The notes under the pieces are model-generated. The model did no database searches. It had not been told where the DNA came from and worked only from the letters and a program-made list of their open reading frames with translations. This document shows positions 41,438 to 52,815 of a stretch of DNA of 64,000 nucleotides, one piece after another. Every line of letters begins with the position of its first letter. The stretch's first letter is position 1. Origin of the DNA: Alphaproteobacteria bacterium (lineage in GTDB: Bacteria > Pseudomonadota > Alphaproteobacteria > Bin95); assembly GCA_963665325.3 (NCBI GenBank), contig OZ224045.1:1056001-1120000 (forward strand), given 5' to 3'. Made by a program: the position numbers and the translations under genes.

Positions 41438-42199
41438 TCAGCGGTTCCACTGGAAGCCGTCGATGGTAATGTCTTGGCCGGTCACGAAACAGGGCTCGAC
41501 GGTCGCCAGGAACGCGACGAGTTCGGCCACGTCGCGCGGACTGCCGGTGCGGTTGAGCGCGATGCCCCGGATCAATTCGGGCTCTCGCGTGGCGATGACG
41601 GGATTCTTCTGCGTCAGCTCGGTCTTGATGAGGCCGGGGCACACGCAGTTGATGGCGATATGCGGGCCCAGTTCCTTGGCGAGCGAGCGGGTCAGGCCGA
41701 TGATGCCGGCCTTGGCGGCGGCGTAGGCCACCTTCGAGACCGCCGCCGTCACGCCGCCGGAATGGGCGTTGAGCGAGGACATCGAAACGATGCGCCCGTA
41801 TTCGCGTTCCATCATGGCCGGCGCAACCGCCTGGATATAGTTGAAGCAGCTCTTCAGATTGACGTCGATAGTTGTGTCCCACTGCTCTTCGGATAGGTCC
41901 AGAATGCCTGTCGGCATCGGCCGCCCGGCATTGTTGACGAGCACATCGATGCGGCCCCAGGCGTCGAGAACGCCGCCGGCGACTTCCTTCGCGCGGCCGT
42001 GATCGGCGACATCGGCCTCGAATGTGAGGCAGGGGACGCCATAGCCTTCGATTTCGGCCCTGGTGTTGGCCATTTCGGCGGTCAGGACATCCACCAGGGC
42101 GACGGCAAGGCCGCGCTCCGCCAGTGCATGCGCACAGCCGCGTCCGATACCGCGGGCGCCGCCGGTGACGATCGCCACCCTCATGTCGAATTCAGCCAT
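41438..42199 (-). CDS. SDR family oxidoreductase
   Basis: TGGARGIG, NNAG, YAAAK, CPG. Confidence 0.9.
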   Translation of the reverse strand: MAEFDMRVAIVTGGARGIGRGCAHALAERGLAVALVDVLTAEMANTRAEIEGYGVPCLTFEADVADHGRAKEVAGGVLDAWGRIDVLVNNAGRPMPTGILDLSEEQWDTTIDVNLKSCFNYIQAVAPAMMEREYGRIVSMSSLNAHSGGVTAAVSKVAYAAAKAGIIGLTRSLAKELGPHIAINCVCPGLIKTELTQKNPVIATREPELIRGIALNRTGSPRDVAELVAFLATVEPCFVTGQDITIDGFQWNR

Positions 42200-42367
42200 G
42201 GGACCCCTCAGGCAGGGAAGACTGACGCCTCCCGGCGGGCGCGTCAAATGCACGCCTCCCGAAAAATGCCTCGACGGCGAGGCTGGACTTGCGGGGCGCG
42301 GGGGGAAATGCTGGACGGGAGGGGCCATCGGAACCGACGGTCGCAACCCTGAACCGAACGAGGCGTT

Positions 42368-44425
42368 GTGTCGGAATTAGCAACGGGATGCCGGGTCGCC
42401 GTCGATATCGGCGGCACCTTCACCGATTTCTGCATCTTCGACGAAGCGACGGGCGAACTGCACACGCTAAAGATCCTGTCGACGCCGGAGACTCCGGGCG
42501 CTGAAGTCATGCAGGGCATCGCGGAGTTGGACCGGCGCCACGGACAGCCGGCCGCCGGCATCGGGTTCTTCACCCACGGCACCACGGTGGGCGTGAACAC
42601 TGTGATCCAGCGCCGGGGCGCGGAGCTGGCGCTCTTCACGACGCGGGAGTTCGAGGACGTGCTGGAGGTCGCGCGCCTGAAGACGCCCGACCCCTATGAC
42701 ATCTTTTCGCGCCGTCCCGCGCCTCTCGCTCCGCGCGAGCGGGTTTACGGCATTTCCGAACGGATGCTCAAGGACGGCTCCGTTGAGACGCCGGTCGATC
42801 CCGCCGATGTCCGCGAGGCGGTGGCGAAGGCGAAGGCCGCCGGTGCGGACACAATTGTCGTGGCGCTGCTGCACGCCTATGCGAACCCAGTGAACGAACG
42901 CGCGGTGCGCGAGGCGATCCGGGAGGCCGCGCCCGACATGGCCGTGACCTTGTCCTCGGATGTCTGGCCGGTCATCCGCGAATATGAGCGCACCGTGACG
43001 GCCACCGTCGCAGGCTATGTGCAGCGGCGGGTGGCCGGCTATATCGGCTCGCTTCAGGCGGCGCTGCGGGATGCGGGCGTGCCGGCCGAGCCGATGATTA
43101 CCAAGTCGAACGGCGGCATCATGGCAGCCGAGCTCGGCAAGACCGATCCCATCGCCATGCTGTTGTCGGGGACGGCTTCCGGGGCCATCGGGGCGGCGGA
43201 TGCGGCTCTCGGCATCGGGGCCATGGATGTGTTGAGCTTCGATGTCGGAGGCACCTCGGCGGATGTCGCCGTCATTCAGGGAGGCAAGCCGGCCTTCGGC
43301 GCCGGCGAACTTGTGGGCGAGTTCCCGATTTATGTGCCGACGGTCTCCGTCACCTCCATCGGCGCGGGCGGCGGCTCCATCGCCCGGGTGGACGATTTCG
43401 GCGTGCTCAAGGTCGGCCCGGAAAGCGCGGGCTCGTCGCCGGGCCCTGCCTGCTACGGCCAGGGCGGCGAGCGGCCCACAGTCACCGACGCCTTCGTTGC
43501 AATAGGGCTTCTCGGGGCGGGCGAGCTCGGCTACGGCGCCGTCAGGCTGGACCGGGACGCTGCGGAGCGGGCCGTCAGCGGGATTGCGGAGCGGCTGTCG
43601 CTCGGGCTCCCCGAGGCGGCCGAGAGCATCGTCGATGTCGCGGTCTCCGGCATGTATCTCGAGGTTGCGAAGCTGATGTCGCGCCGGGGCGCGGATCCGC
43701 GCGCCTTCGCGCTGATGGCGTTCGGCGGCGCCGGGCCGATGCTGGGATGTTTTTTCGCGCGCGAGTTGGGCATTTCGCGAGTAATCGTGCCCCCGACGCC
43801 AGGTGTCCTGTCGGCCTATGGCGGCCTGATCGCGGACATCCGCAACGACTTCATCCGCACAGCCTTCGTCGAATTGGACACGGAGGGACTGGCCGTGCTG
43901 GAAGGCCACGCCGGCGAACTGGAGGCGCAGGCGCTCGCCTGGCTGCGCGAGGAGCAGGGCTTCCGGGGCGAGGCGCATCTGGCCTGGTCCGCCGACTTGC
44001 GATACCGGGGCCAGTCCTACGAGATCGAAACACCCGTCGACCGGGCGGATATCCGCGCGAGCCGCGTCTCGGCGCTGGCCGATGCCTTCCACGAGGAGCA
44101 TGCCCGCGTTTACGACCATGCAGACGCCGAAGCGCCGGTGCAGGCGGTCAATCTGCGTCTGACGGTCAGCGGCGCCGTGCCGAAGCCGGTTCTGGCGGAG
44201 GCTGCTGCCGTGCCGGGGCCGGCGGTCCCCAAAGGCCATGCAACGGTCTTTCTGGACGGCGCAGACCGCGAGGCGGCGCTCTACGACCGGGCCGGTCTCC
44301 TGCCCGGCCAGCACTTCGCCGGCCCTGCGGTCGTCTCCCAGGACGACTGCACCACCGTCGTTCCTCCGGGCTTCTCGGCCGAGGTCGATCTCCGGAGCAA
44401 CCTGATCCTCACGCTGGAGGGCTGA
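42368..44425 (+). CDS. hydantoinase A / oxoprolinase family subunit
   Basis: DIGGTFTD, HGTT, REYER, DVGGTS, GAGGGS, SAGS.PGP.CY, RYRGQ. Confidence 0.92.
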   Translation: MSELATGCRVAVDIGGTFTDFCIFDEATGELHTLKILSTPETPGAEVMQGIAELDRRHGQPAAGIGFFTHGTTVGVNTVIQRRGAELALFTTREFEDVLEVARLKTPDPYDIFSRRPAPLAPRERVYGISERMLKDGSVETPVDPADVREAVAKAKAAGADTIVVALLHAYANPVNERAVREAIREAAPDMAVTLSSDVWPVIREYERTVTATVAGYVQRRVAGYIGSLQAALRDAGVPAEPMITKSNGGIMAAELGKTDPIAMLLSGTASGAIGAADAALGIGAMDVLSFDVGGTSADVAVIQGGKPAFGAGELVGEFPIYVPTVSVTSIGAGGGSIARVDDFGVLKVGPESAGSSPGPACYGQGGERPTVTDAFVAIGLLGAGELGYGAVRLDRDAAERAVSGIAERLSLGLPEAAESIVDVAVSGMYLEVAKLMSRRGADPRAFALMAFGGAGPMLGCFFARELGISRVIVPPTPGVLSAYGGLIADIRNDFIRTAFVELDTEGLAVLEGHAGELEAQALAWLREEQGFRGEAHLAWSADLRYRGQSYEIETPVDRADIRASRVSALADAFHEEHARVYDHADAEAPVQAVNLRLTVSGAVPKPVLAEAAAVPGPAVPKGHATVFLDGADREAALYDRAGLLPGQHFAGPAVVSQDDCTTVVPPGFSAEVDLRSNLILTLEG

Positions 44426-46420
44426 ATGCCCATCGACAAGGTCACGCTGGAAATCCTGAAGAACCATACCCGCGCGGCGGCGGAAAGCATGGCCTACACG
44501 CTCTACCGCACGGCGCATTCGACCTTCGTGAAGGAGACCGAGGATTTCACCACCGGCCTGACCACGCCGGAGGGGGAGACCTTCGCCACGCCCACGGAGC
44601 TCGGCGCCACCTGGTTCGTCGGCCTCAATTACGGCCGGGCCATCGGCATGGTGGACGACTACCGGCCGGGCGACATCGCCATGACGAACGATCCCTATTC
44701 GGGCTTCGTGAGCACCCACTCGCCGGACATGCACATCTGGAAGCCGGTCTTCCACGAGGGCGAGATCGTGGCATTTTCCGTCGGCCACATTCACAACACC
44801 GATGTCGGCGGCGCTGTGCCGGCCTCGCTCTCCCGCACGCTATCGGAAATCCACCAGGAGGGCGTGCGCATCCCGCCCGTCAAGATCCTGGAGGAGGGCA
44901 AGCTCAACCGTCAGGTGCTCGACATCTTCCTCGCCAATGTCCGCGCGCCGGACCAGAACTGGGGCGACCTGAAAGCCCAGATTGCCGCCTGCAACACGGG
45001 CGAGCGCAAGGTCCACGAGATGATCGCCCGCTTCGGCGCAGACACCTTCCGCGAGGGCGTGGCGGACCTGCTGGACTATGCCGAGGCCCAGGCCCGCGCC
45101 ATCGTCCGCACCCTGCCCAACGGCACATACCCCTTCGCGGACTACATGGACGAGGATTCCGTCGATGGGCGGCCCTGCCGCATGAAGCTCACGGTGATAA
45201 TCCGCGACGAGGAGCTGATATTCGATTTTACCGGGTCCGACCCGCAGTTGGAATCGTCGCTCAACATGCCGACCGGCGGCGACGAACGCCATGTGCTCCT
45301 GCTGGTCGGCATGACCTATGTCCTCTATTCGCTCGACCCGTCGCTCTACCTGAACTCCGGCATCGCCCGCATCTGCCGCTGCATCCTGCCGTCTGGCACC
45401 ATGGTCAATCCGGAGTTCCCGGCGGCGGTCGGCATGCGGACGCTCAGCTGCTACCGCCTGCACGGGCTCACCTTCGGCGCCTTCGCCCAGGCCGCTCCGG
45501 ACCGCATGGCGGGCGCGCCGGGGTCGGGCGGGCCGATCGTGAATGTCAACACCATAGACAACCGCACGGGCCGGCGGATCATGGCGGCGATCAGTCCGAT
45601 GAGCGGCGGCGGCGGCGGGCGCGCGATGGAGGACGGCCAGGACGGCTCGGGCGCCAATCAGGGTTTCATGAGAAATACCCCGACTGAGGTGAACGAGGCG
45701 GAGGCGGGCATCAAGGTGCTTCGCTTCGGGCTTGCGCGCGACTCCGCCGGACCCGGTGTGCATCGCGGCGGGCTCGGCACGGAGCTGGTGTTCCAGACGT
45801 TTTCGCCGAACACCCGCGTGACGGCGCGCAACCGGGACCGCACGATCTTTACCGGCTGGGGCATCGAGGGCGGCCGCCCGGGCGGTCCGTCGAAGTTCAT
45901 CAAGAACCCGGGGACCAACCGCGAGGTGGACCTCAGGAACACCGACATTCTCTCCATCGGCCCCGGCGATGTCATCCATGTCACCTGCGGGGGCGCGGGC
46001 GGTTGGGGCGACCCGTTCCGGCGCGACCCCGATGCGGTGCTGCTGGACTGGCGGCGCGGCTGGGTGACTACGGAGCACGCCCGCGACGCCTATGGCGTGG
46101 TCATCGCCGACGGCGCGGTGGACGTTTCCGCCACCGAGGCATTGCGCGCTGGTCGCGGCGGCGGGGAAGTCAACGGCTTCTACGATGTCGGACCCGAGCG
46201 GGCGGCCTTCGAGTCCGTTTGGACGGACGCCAATTACGACGCGCTGACAGAGTGCCTGGCGGCGCTGCCCGTTCACTGGCGCTTCTACGCCAAGCACCGG
46301 ATCTTCGAGGCCGTCGACATGCTCGACCCTGCCACGCGGCGGGGCGACGGCTCCGAGGTGCGCGCGGCCTTCGATGCGCTCAGGGCCGAGTTTCCGCAAC
46401 TCGACGCGGCGCGGGGCTGA
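44426..46420 (+). CDS. hydantoinase B / oxoprolinase family subunit
   Basis: NDPY...H.PD, HIH..DVGG.VPAS, EG..IPP, DFTGS, GGGGG, GG.GGWGDP. Confidence 0.92.
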   Translation: MPIDKVTLEILKNHTRAAAESMAYTLYRTAHSTFVKETEDFTTGLTTPEGETFATPTELGATWFVGLNYGRAIGMVDDYRPGDIAMTNDPYSGFVSTHSPDMHIWKPVFHEGEIVAFSVGHIHNTDVGGAVPASLSRTLSEIHQEGVRIPPVKILEEGKLNRQVLDIFLANVRAPDQNWGDLKAQIAACNTGERKVHEMIARFGADTFREGVADLLDYAEAQARAIVRTLPNGTYPFADYMDEDSVDGRPCRMKLTVIIRDEELIFDFTGSDPQLESSLNMPTGGDERHVLLLVGMTYVLYSLDPSLYLNSGIARICRCILPSGTMVNPEFPAAVGMRTLSCYRLHGLTFGAFAQAAPDRMAGAPGSGGPIVNVNTIDNRTGRRIMAAISPMSGGGGGRAMEDGQDGSGANQGFMRNTPTEVNEAEAGIKVLRFGLARDSAGPGVHRGGLGTELVFQTFSPNTRVTARNRDRTIFTGWGIEGGRPGGPSKFIKNPGTNREVDLRNTDILSIGPGDVIHVTCGGAGGWGDPFRRDPDAVLLDWRRGWVTTEHARDAYGVVIADGAVDVSATEALRAGRGGGEVNGFYDVGPERAAFESVWTDANYDALTECLAALPVHWRFYAKHRIFEAVDMLDPATRRGDGSEVRAAFDALRAEFPQLDAARG

Positions 46421-46424
46421 TCGC

Positions 46425-47174
46425 ATGGAGATCACGTTCCCCGGCAAGCGCGTCCTCATAACCGGAGTGGCGCGGGGAATCGGCCGCGCCATCGTCCACG
46501 CTTTCGCCGCCGAACGGGCAGAGGTCCATGCCGCGGACATCGAAGGCGAGCTGGCCCGGGATACTGCGGCAACGGCCGGGTTCCCGGTCGAGGCCCATAG
46601 CCTGGACGTCACCGATTCCGTGGCCGTCGATGCGCTTGTCGACGGGATCGGCCCGGTGGATATCGCCGTTCATGCCGCCGGCGGCGTGCGCGGCCGCATC
46701 GCTGGTCCGCTGGAGGAGGTGACCGACGATGACTGGCGCGCCATCCAGGCGGTGAACGTCGACGGCGCGTTCCATGTAGCCCGCGCGGTGACGCCGGGGA
46801 TGAAGGCGAAGGGGCAGGGGCGGATCGTCCTGATCTCGTCCGGTGCCGGCCTGCGTGTGTCGCGCACCGGCATCCATTCCTACGGCACGGCGAAGACAGC
46901 GCAGATCGGGCTGGCGCGCCAGCTTGCCTCCGAGTTGGGCCCGTTCGGGATTACGGTCAACGCGGTGGCGCCCGGCCTGATGCCGCAGACATCGCCGGAT
47001 TATGTCCGGCAGTGGGAGGCCCGCAGCCCGGAAGAGCGGGCCGCGATCGTCGAGGGTATCGCCATGCGCCGGCTCGGCAAGCCGGAGGACATCGCCCACG
47101 CGGTCCTGTTCCTGGCGTCAGACGGCGCCGAATGGATCACCGGCCAGGCGCTGCCGGTGATGGGTAGCCCGTGA
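46425..47174 (+). CDS. SDR family oxidoreductase
   Basis: TGVARGIG, YGTAK, VNAVAPG, WITGQ. Confidence 0.88.
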   Translation: MEITFPGKRVLITGVARGIGRAIVHAFAAERAEVHAADIEGELARDTAATAGFPVEAHSLDVTDSVAVDALVDGIGPVDIAVHAAGGVRGRIAGPLEEVTDDDWRAIQAVNVDGAFHVARAVTPGMKAKGQGRIVLISSGAGLRVSRTGIHSYGTAKTAQIGLARQLASELGPFGITVNAVAPGLMPQTSPDYVRQWEARSPEERAAIVEGIAMRRLGKPEDIAHAVLFLASDGAEWITGQALPVMGSP

Positions 47175-47224
47175 GCGTCCGCTACGCGCTCAGCCTCGAT
47201 GTCGGCGGCACTTTTACAGATATC
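47171..47224 (+). pseudogene. 5' stub of a second hydantoinase A/oxoprolinase gene
   Basis: GTG overlapping the SDR stop; translates MSVRYALSLDVGGTFTDI, then similarity stops and GC drops. Confidence 0.7.
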
Positions 47225-47471
47225 AAGATTTCGGTGATTCGGCACTCAACGACATGCCATGACGGGTATTCCAACCAACTGACAATCTAAATGTAACCCG
47301 TTGCTACAAAGATATATTTCTTATGAGGGCCGGGCTTGCGTCCGCGGCTCCAGTGCGCTTCAATGCGATCCCGATGATCCCCCGGTCGCTTTCGTATTGC
47401 TTACGCTTACGCCCCGCAGGACGACTTCCGGGAATCTCGGCCGCCGGTCGACAATCGCGAGGAGGTACTTC

Positions 47472-48629
47472 ATGGCCAAGCTGAAATACCGGACCATCTC
47501 CAAACGAACCGTTGAGGCCCTCGCGGTCGAGGACAAGGACGCCGTGTTCTGGGACGACAAGCTCCCCGGCTTCGGCGTCAGGGTGTATCCGACCGGCTCG
47601 AAGGTGTACGTGGTGCAGACGCGGCTGAAGGGCCGTTCGAGGCGGATCACGCTCGGACGCCACGGGGTGATCTCCGCCGACAAGGCGCGGCACAAGGCGG
47701 CCGAGACGATCGCGCTCATCAAGAGCGGCCAGGACCCCGAGGAGAAGCGTGCCTCGGAGGTCACGGTGGTGGAGCTCGCCGAGCGCTATCTCGAGGAGCA
47801 TGTGGACGTGCACTGCAAGCCGAGCACGCAGAAGATGTACCGCCGCATGTTGAAGCTCTTCATTCTGCCGGCCTACGGCCATCGCACGGTGGACGAGGTG
47901 GAGCGCCAGCACATCGCGAAGCTGCACCTCGAGCTGCGCGACACGCCCTATCAGGCCAACCGGGCGCTGGACATCGGGACGAAGCTGTTCAACCTCGCCG
48001 AGGAGTGGAAGCTGCGCACGGGCGGGAACCCGTGCAAGTTCGTGCGCAAGTACCGGGAGCACAAGCGCGAACGGTTTCTCACCGACGAGGAGTTCCGCCG
48101 GCTCGGCGAGGTGTTGACCGAGATGGAGACCGACGGCTCGCTGCCGGTCTACCCGGCCGCGGCGGTGCGGCTGCTGATGCTGACCGGGTGCCGTCGCAAC
48201 GAGATTCTCGAGCTCCGGTGGAAGCATGTCGACCTGACGGCGGGCGAACTGCGCCTGCCGGATTCGAAATCCGGGGCGCGCCTGGTGCCGCTGTCGCCGG
48301 CGGCGGCGCGGGTGCTGACGCGGCTGCCGCGCATCGAGGGCAACCCGTGGGTTATCCCGGGCACGAAGCCGGGGCGTCATCTGGCCGATCTCAATCACTA
48401 CTGGGAGCGCGTGCGCGAGCGGGCTGACCTTGCGGGCGTGCGCCTGCACGACCTTCGTCACAGCTTTGCGAGCCGGGCTCTGGCGCTTGGCGAGAGCCTG
48501 TCGATGATCGGGAAGCTGCTCGGTCACAACAAGATCGACACGACCGCGCGCTATGCGCATCTGGCGCGGGACTCCATCAAGGCGTCTTCGGCGCGGGTCG
48601 CCGACAGTATCGGCGCAGACATTTTGTGA
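47472..48629 (+). CDS. tyrosine recombinase/integrase with N-terminal arm-binding domain
   Basis: WDDKLPGFGVRV, TGCRRNE, SKSG, HDLRHSFAS, LLGH, TARY; GGAGG RBS. Confidence 0.92.
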   Translation: MAKLKYRTISKRTVEALAVEDKDAVFWDDKLPGFGVRVYPTGSKVYVVQTRLKGRSRRITLGRHGVISADKARHKAAETIALIKSGQDPEEKRASEVTVVELAERYLEEHVDVHCKPSTQKMYRRMLKLFILPAYGHRTVDEVERQHIAKLHLELRDTPYQANRALDIGTKLFNLAEEWKLRTGGNPCKFVRKYREHKRERFLTDEEFRRLGEVLTEMETDGSLPVYPAAAVRLLMLTGCRRNEILELRWKHVDLTAGELRLPDSKSGARLVPLSPAAARVLTRLPRIEGNPWVIPGTKPGRHLADLNHYWERVRERADLAGVRLHDLRHSFASRALALGESLSMIGKLLGHNKIDTTARYAHLARDSIKASSARVADSIGADIL

Positions 48630-48818
48630 AGTGCCTGGGAGCCTGAGCCCCACCCTGTCAACGGCGCGGTCGCCTGGGGCCGGATCGCTTCACTCACCCA
48701 GACTGTTGTTAAGCGTGGAAGATTGACCCCCTGTTGGGGGTTATCGGCGTCCAAAATTGACCCCCCATGGATTGTGTCCATGAACACGCCCTGTCGTTGG
48801 ACGGACGGGGTGGGGGAG

Positions 48819-50333
48819 ATGCTGGTTGTGGAGACGATAGCGCGGATCCGTCGGGATCATCTGGTGAAGGGCGTTCCGATCAAGAAGCTGGCGCGGGATT
48901 TGAGGGTTTCGAAGAACACGATACGCAAGGTGGTTCGGGGCGATACGACCTCGCACAGCTATGAGCGCAAGATCCAGCCGATGCCGAAGCTTGGGCCTTG
49001 GGTGGCAGAGCTTGAGCGCCAGCTGGAGGCCAACGAGAAGAAGAAGCGCCGGGATCGCCTGTCCCTGCTGCAGATCCATGAGGACCTTGGCGAGCTGGGC
49101 TACAAGGGCGGCTATGACGCGGTCCGGCGCTACGCCAGGGCGTGGCGGCGCCGACGCCGTCTGTTATCGCCGTCGCAGGCCTATGTGCCGCTGATCTTCG
49201 ATCCGGGCGAGGCCTACCAGTTCGACTGGAGCCACGAGTATGCGCGTCTGGCGGGAGCGACGACCAAGGTGAAGGCGGCGCACATGCGGCTGTGCCACAG
49301 CCGCATGTATCTGGTGCAGATCTTTCCCCGCGAGAGCCAGGAGATGGTCTTTGAGGCGCACGAGCGTGCCTTCCGCTTCTTCGGCGGGGTCTGCCGACGG
49401 GGCATCTACGACAACATGAAGACGGCGGTGAACACGATCTTCGTCGGCAAGGAGCGTGCCTACAACCGCCGCTTCCAGGAGATGTGCTCGCACCATCTGG
49501 TGGAGCCAGTGGCGTGCACGCCAGGGGCGGGCTGGGAGAAGGGGCAGGTTGAGAAGCAGGTGGGAGACCTTCGCGGGCGTCTGTTCGCGCGCAGCCCGCG
49601 GGGCCGCTCCTACACCGAGATCAACGAGTGGCTGATGGATCGGTGCATCGAGGAGGCCAGGAAGCAGCCGCATCCGACGATCGAGGGCAAGACGGTGTGG
49701 CAGGTATTCGAGGAGGAGCGGCCCTTCCTGATGGCATACCGCGGTCCCTTCGACGGCTTCCATGCCAGCGAGGTGTCAGTCTCGAAGACCTGCCTGGTGC
49801 GCTTCGACAACAACCAGTACAGCGTCTCTGCCCGCGCGGTGGGACGGCCGGTGGACGTGCGGGCCTATGCCGAGCGGATCGTCATCCGCCAGGACGGCGA
49901 GATCGTCGCCGAGCATCCCCGGAGCTTCGGGCGCGGTCGGTTCGTCTACGATCCGTGGCATTACGTGCCGATCCTGACGAGGAAGCCCGGCGCACTGAGG
50001 AACGGCGCACCCTTCAAGGACTGGCAGTTGCCCAACGCGCTGGGCCGCCTGCGAACCCGGCTCGCCGGCCACGACGACGGCGACCGGCAGTTCGTCAAGA
50101 TCCTCGCGGCGGTGCTGGAGGACGGGCTGGAGGCGGTCGAGGCGGCCTGCGCCGAGGCGCTCGCCTGCGGCGCCTGCAGCGCCGACGTCGTGCTCAACAT
50201 CCTCGCCCGGCAGCGCCAGCCGGCACCGCCGGCAATCATCCCGACGCCCGAGGGCCTGAAGCTCCGCCACCAGCCGGTGGCCGACTGTCAGCGCTACGAC
50301 AGCCTGAGGGAGGCCGGTCATGGAGCGTCATGA
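48819..50333 (+). CDS. istA: IS21 transposase
   Basis: [33 protein letters not shown]. Confidence 0.93.
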   Translation: MLVVETIARIRRDHLVKGVPIKKLARDLRVSKNTIRKVVRGDTTSHSYERKIQPMPKLGPWVAELERQLEANEKKKRRDRLSLLQIHEDLGELGYKGGYDAVRRYARAWRRRRRLLSPSQAYVPLIFDPGEAYQFDWSHEYARLAGATTKVKAAHMRLCHSRMYLVQIFPRESQEMVFEAHERAFRFFGGVCRRGIYDNMKTAVNTIFVGKERAYNRRFQEMCSHHLVEPVACTPGAGWEKGQVEKQVGDLRGRLFARSPRGRSYTEINEWLMDRCIEEARKQPHPTIEGKTVWQVFEEERPFLMAYRGPFDGFHASEVSVSKTCLVRFDNNQYSVSARAVGRPVDVRAYAERIVIRQDGEIVAEHPRSFGRGRFVYDPWHYVPILTRKPGALRNGAPFKDWQLPNALGRLRTRLAGHDDGDRQFVKILAAVLEDGLEAVEAACAEALACGACSADVVLNILARQRQPAPPAIIPTPEGLKLRHQPVADCQRYDSLREAGHGAS

Positions 50334-51048
50334 TGTGCTGGAGATGATGACCCAGCTGAAGCTCGCAGGCATGCGAGCCGCCTATGACGACATCCTCGCC
50401 GACGGGCTCAAGCGCCGTCATCCGGTGCAGCAGATCATCGGTACGCTGCTGCAGGTCGAGATCGCCGACAAGAGGGCACGCTCGATCAAGTACCAGATGG
50501 CGTCCGCCAAGCTGCCCACGGCCAAGGAACTGGCCGACTTCGACTTCGCCGGCTCGCCGGTCAACGAGCCCCTGATCCAGGAGCTCGCCGGCGGCGGCTT
50601 CCTCGAGGGCCAGCGCAACATCGTCCTGGTCGGCGGCACCGGCACCGGCAAGACCCATCTCGCCGTCGCCGTCGCGCGCTCCTGCATCCGCAAGGGCGCC
50701 CGTGGCCGCTGCTACAACGTCGTCGACCTGGTGAACCACCTCGAGGCCGAACTCCGTGCCGGGCGCCAGGGCCGCACCGCAGACCAGCTCGTCCGACGCG
50801 ACTTCGTCATCCTCGACGAACTCGGCTACCTGCCCTTCGCCCAAGCCGGCGGACAGCTCCTCTTCCACCTCATGAGCCGGCTCTACGAGCGAACCTCGAT
50901 CGTCATCACCACCAACCTCGCCTTCGGCGAGTGGCCGTCCGTCTTCGGCGATCCCAAGATGACCACGGCGTTGCTCGATCGTCTCACCCACCATTGCGAG
51001 ATCATCGAGACCGGCAACGAGAGCTGGCGCTTCAAGAACCGCTCCTGA
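50320..51048 (+). CDS. istB: IS21 ATPase helper
   Basis: [34 protein letters not shown]. Confidence 0.95.
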   Translation: MERHDVLEMMTQLKLAGMRAAYDDILADGLKRRHPVQQIIGTLLQVEIADKRARSIKYQMASAKLPTAKELADFDFAGSPVNEPLIQELAGGGFLEGQRNIVLVGGTGTGKTHLAVAVARSCIRKGARGRCYNVVDLVNHLEAELRAGRQGRTADQLVRRDFVILDELGYLPFAQAGGQLLFHLMSRLYERTSIVITTNLAFGEWPSVFGDPKMTTALLDRLTHHCEIIETGNESWRFKNRS

Positions 51049-51249
51049 CCCGCCGCCGGCCTCCCCTGCGGCCCGGTTGCCCCGGTGGGTCAACAGGGAC
51101 CCCCCACGCGGCTTCGCTCCGCGTAGCGTGAGACGCTACACGAAGCCGCGCGGGTCCCCCCTATTGACTACCGGGACAACCTCCACCGTGCCTCTCAGGG
51201 GGTCAATTTTGCACGCCGATAGGGGGTCATTATTGAAAGCCGATTGACA

Positions 51250-52327
51250 GCCATGTCAGCACCGCCCGCTCGCCGACCTCGAACGGTCGCGAAATTCCGC
51301 CGCCGGCGTTCGGCCGCGAGACCCTCACCACAGCCTCGGGCCCCGCGGCGATACGGACCCCGTAGATCGACAGCCCGCCGCGGTAGCTGACTTCCTCCAC
51401 CTGTTCCGCAAGCCGGTTGGAGACGGCCATCCGGGGTGGCTCCTCCCCCGGCCGGGCGATGGCGATTGTCTCCGGCCGGATCGCGAGCCAGACGGCCTGC
51501 CCGCCCGGAATGCCGGGCGCCTTGCCCGCCGCCAGGCACGCACCCAACGACGATGCCTCGATCTCGAACGTCCCGTCGCCGGTCCGGCGGCGCGAACCGG
51601 CGATCAGGTTGACGGCGCCGATGAAGCCGGCGGTGAAGCGGTCGGCCGGACGTTCGTAGAGTTCGGCCGGCCGCGCCGTCTGTCGGATCCTGCCGCCTTC
51701 CATGACCGCCACGCGGTCCGCCATGGACAGCGCCTCTTCCCGGTCGTGGGTCACGAGCACGAAGGCGATGCCGACGGTCTCCCTGAGGCGGACGAGCTCG
51801 AAGCGCATCTGCTCGCGCAAGGGCGCGTCCAGGGCCGAGAGCGGCTCGTCCAGCAGCAGCGCCCTCGGCCGCTTGACGAGCGCCCTCGCCAGCGCGACCC
51901 GCTGGCGCTCTCCGCCGGAGAGCCGGTCCGGCCTCCGGCTCCCGTAGCCGCCGAGTGCAACCAGCTCGAGCGCCTCCGCCGCCCGGGAGCGCGCTTCCCC
52001 CCGTCCCACGCCCGACGCCCGCAACCCGTAGGCCACATTGTCGAGCGCCGAGAGGTGCGGGAACAGCGCATAGGACTGGAAGACCAGGTTGACCGGGCGG
52101 CGGTTCGCCGGCTCGAAAGTCAGGTCCCACCCGTCGATGAAGACCGATCCGGCATCGGGATGCTCGAGGCCCGCCAGCATCCTGAGCACCGTCGTCTTCC
52201 CGCAGCCCGAGGGGCCGAGCAGCGCAAAGAATTCGCCCGCGCGGATTTCCAGGCTCACACCCCGAACCGCGTCTATGGCGCCGAAACGCTTTTCGAGGCC
52301 CGTCGCGCAGATGACCGGCGCCGTCAC
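51250..52327 (-). CDS. polyamine ABC transporter ATPase (PotA/PotG-like), last residues clipped by IS21
   Basis: GPSGCGKTT, VFQSYALFPH, LSGGERQR, LLDEP, VTHD; TOBE domain runs into the IS21 right end. Confidence 0.8.
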
Positions 52328-52815
52328 AGGAAACCCTCTCGGAACCGCCAGTTCCTGAAGCCGAGGGCAAGCACCGTGGCGGCTGCCGTAACCGCAACCA
52401 GCACGGTCGAGGCGGCGTTGACCTCGGGCGTCACCGAGAAACGGACCATGGAATAGACCTTGACCGGGAAGGTGACCGTGCCAGGCCCCGAGGTGAAGAA
52501 GGTGATGACGAAATCGTCCAGCGACAGGATGAAGGCCAGCAGCGCGCCTGCCACGAGCCCGGGGCGCATATGCGGGACGACCGTGTCGCGGAGCGCCGCC
52601 CAGGGGCCCGCCCCGAGATCGCGCGCCGCCTCTTCCAAATCGCGGTTGAACCCTGCCAGCCGGGCACGGATCACGACCGCGACGAATGGAAAGGCGAAGG
52701 AGACATGCGCGACCCCGATACGCGAGAGGTTGAGCGGCCAGGGCAGGTCATCGGGCCAGCCGATGCGGGAAAAGAAGACCAGCATCGCCACGCCCATGCA
52801 GATTTCCGGAATCAC
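52324..52815 (-). pseudogene. 3' half of a polyamine ABC permease (PotC/PotI-like)
   Basis: starts mid-protein at VIPEICMG; LEEAARDLGA, SLDDFVITFF, TPEVNA. Confidence 0.8.

Larger units (their letters stand above)
48704..51249 (+). mobile_element. IS21-family insertion sequence
   Basis: TGT...ACA ends with repeated AAATTGACCCC motifs at both ends; istA-istB pair; no flanking target duplication visible. Confidence 0.9.

Noticed and set aside
47285-47330. dif/Xer site
   Set aside because: Only a partial CATAAG match on the minus strand; the XerD arm is missing
51097-51160. Long hairpin after istB as a novel RNA
   Set aside because: Lies inside the IS21 right end, where such palindromes are common
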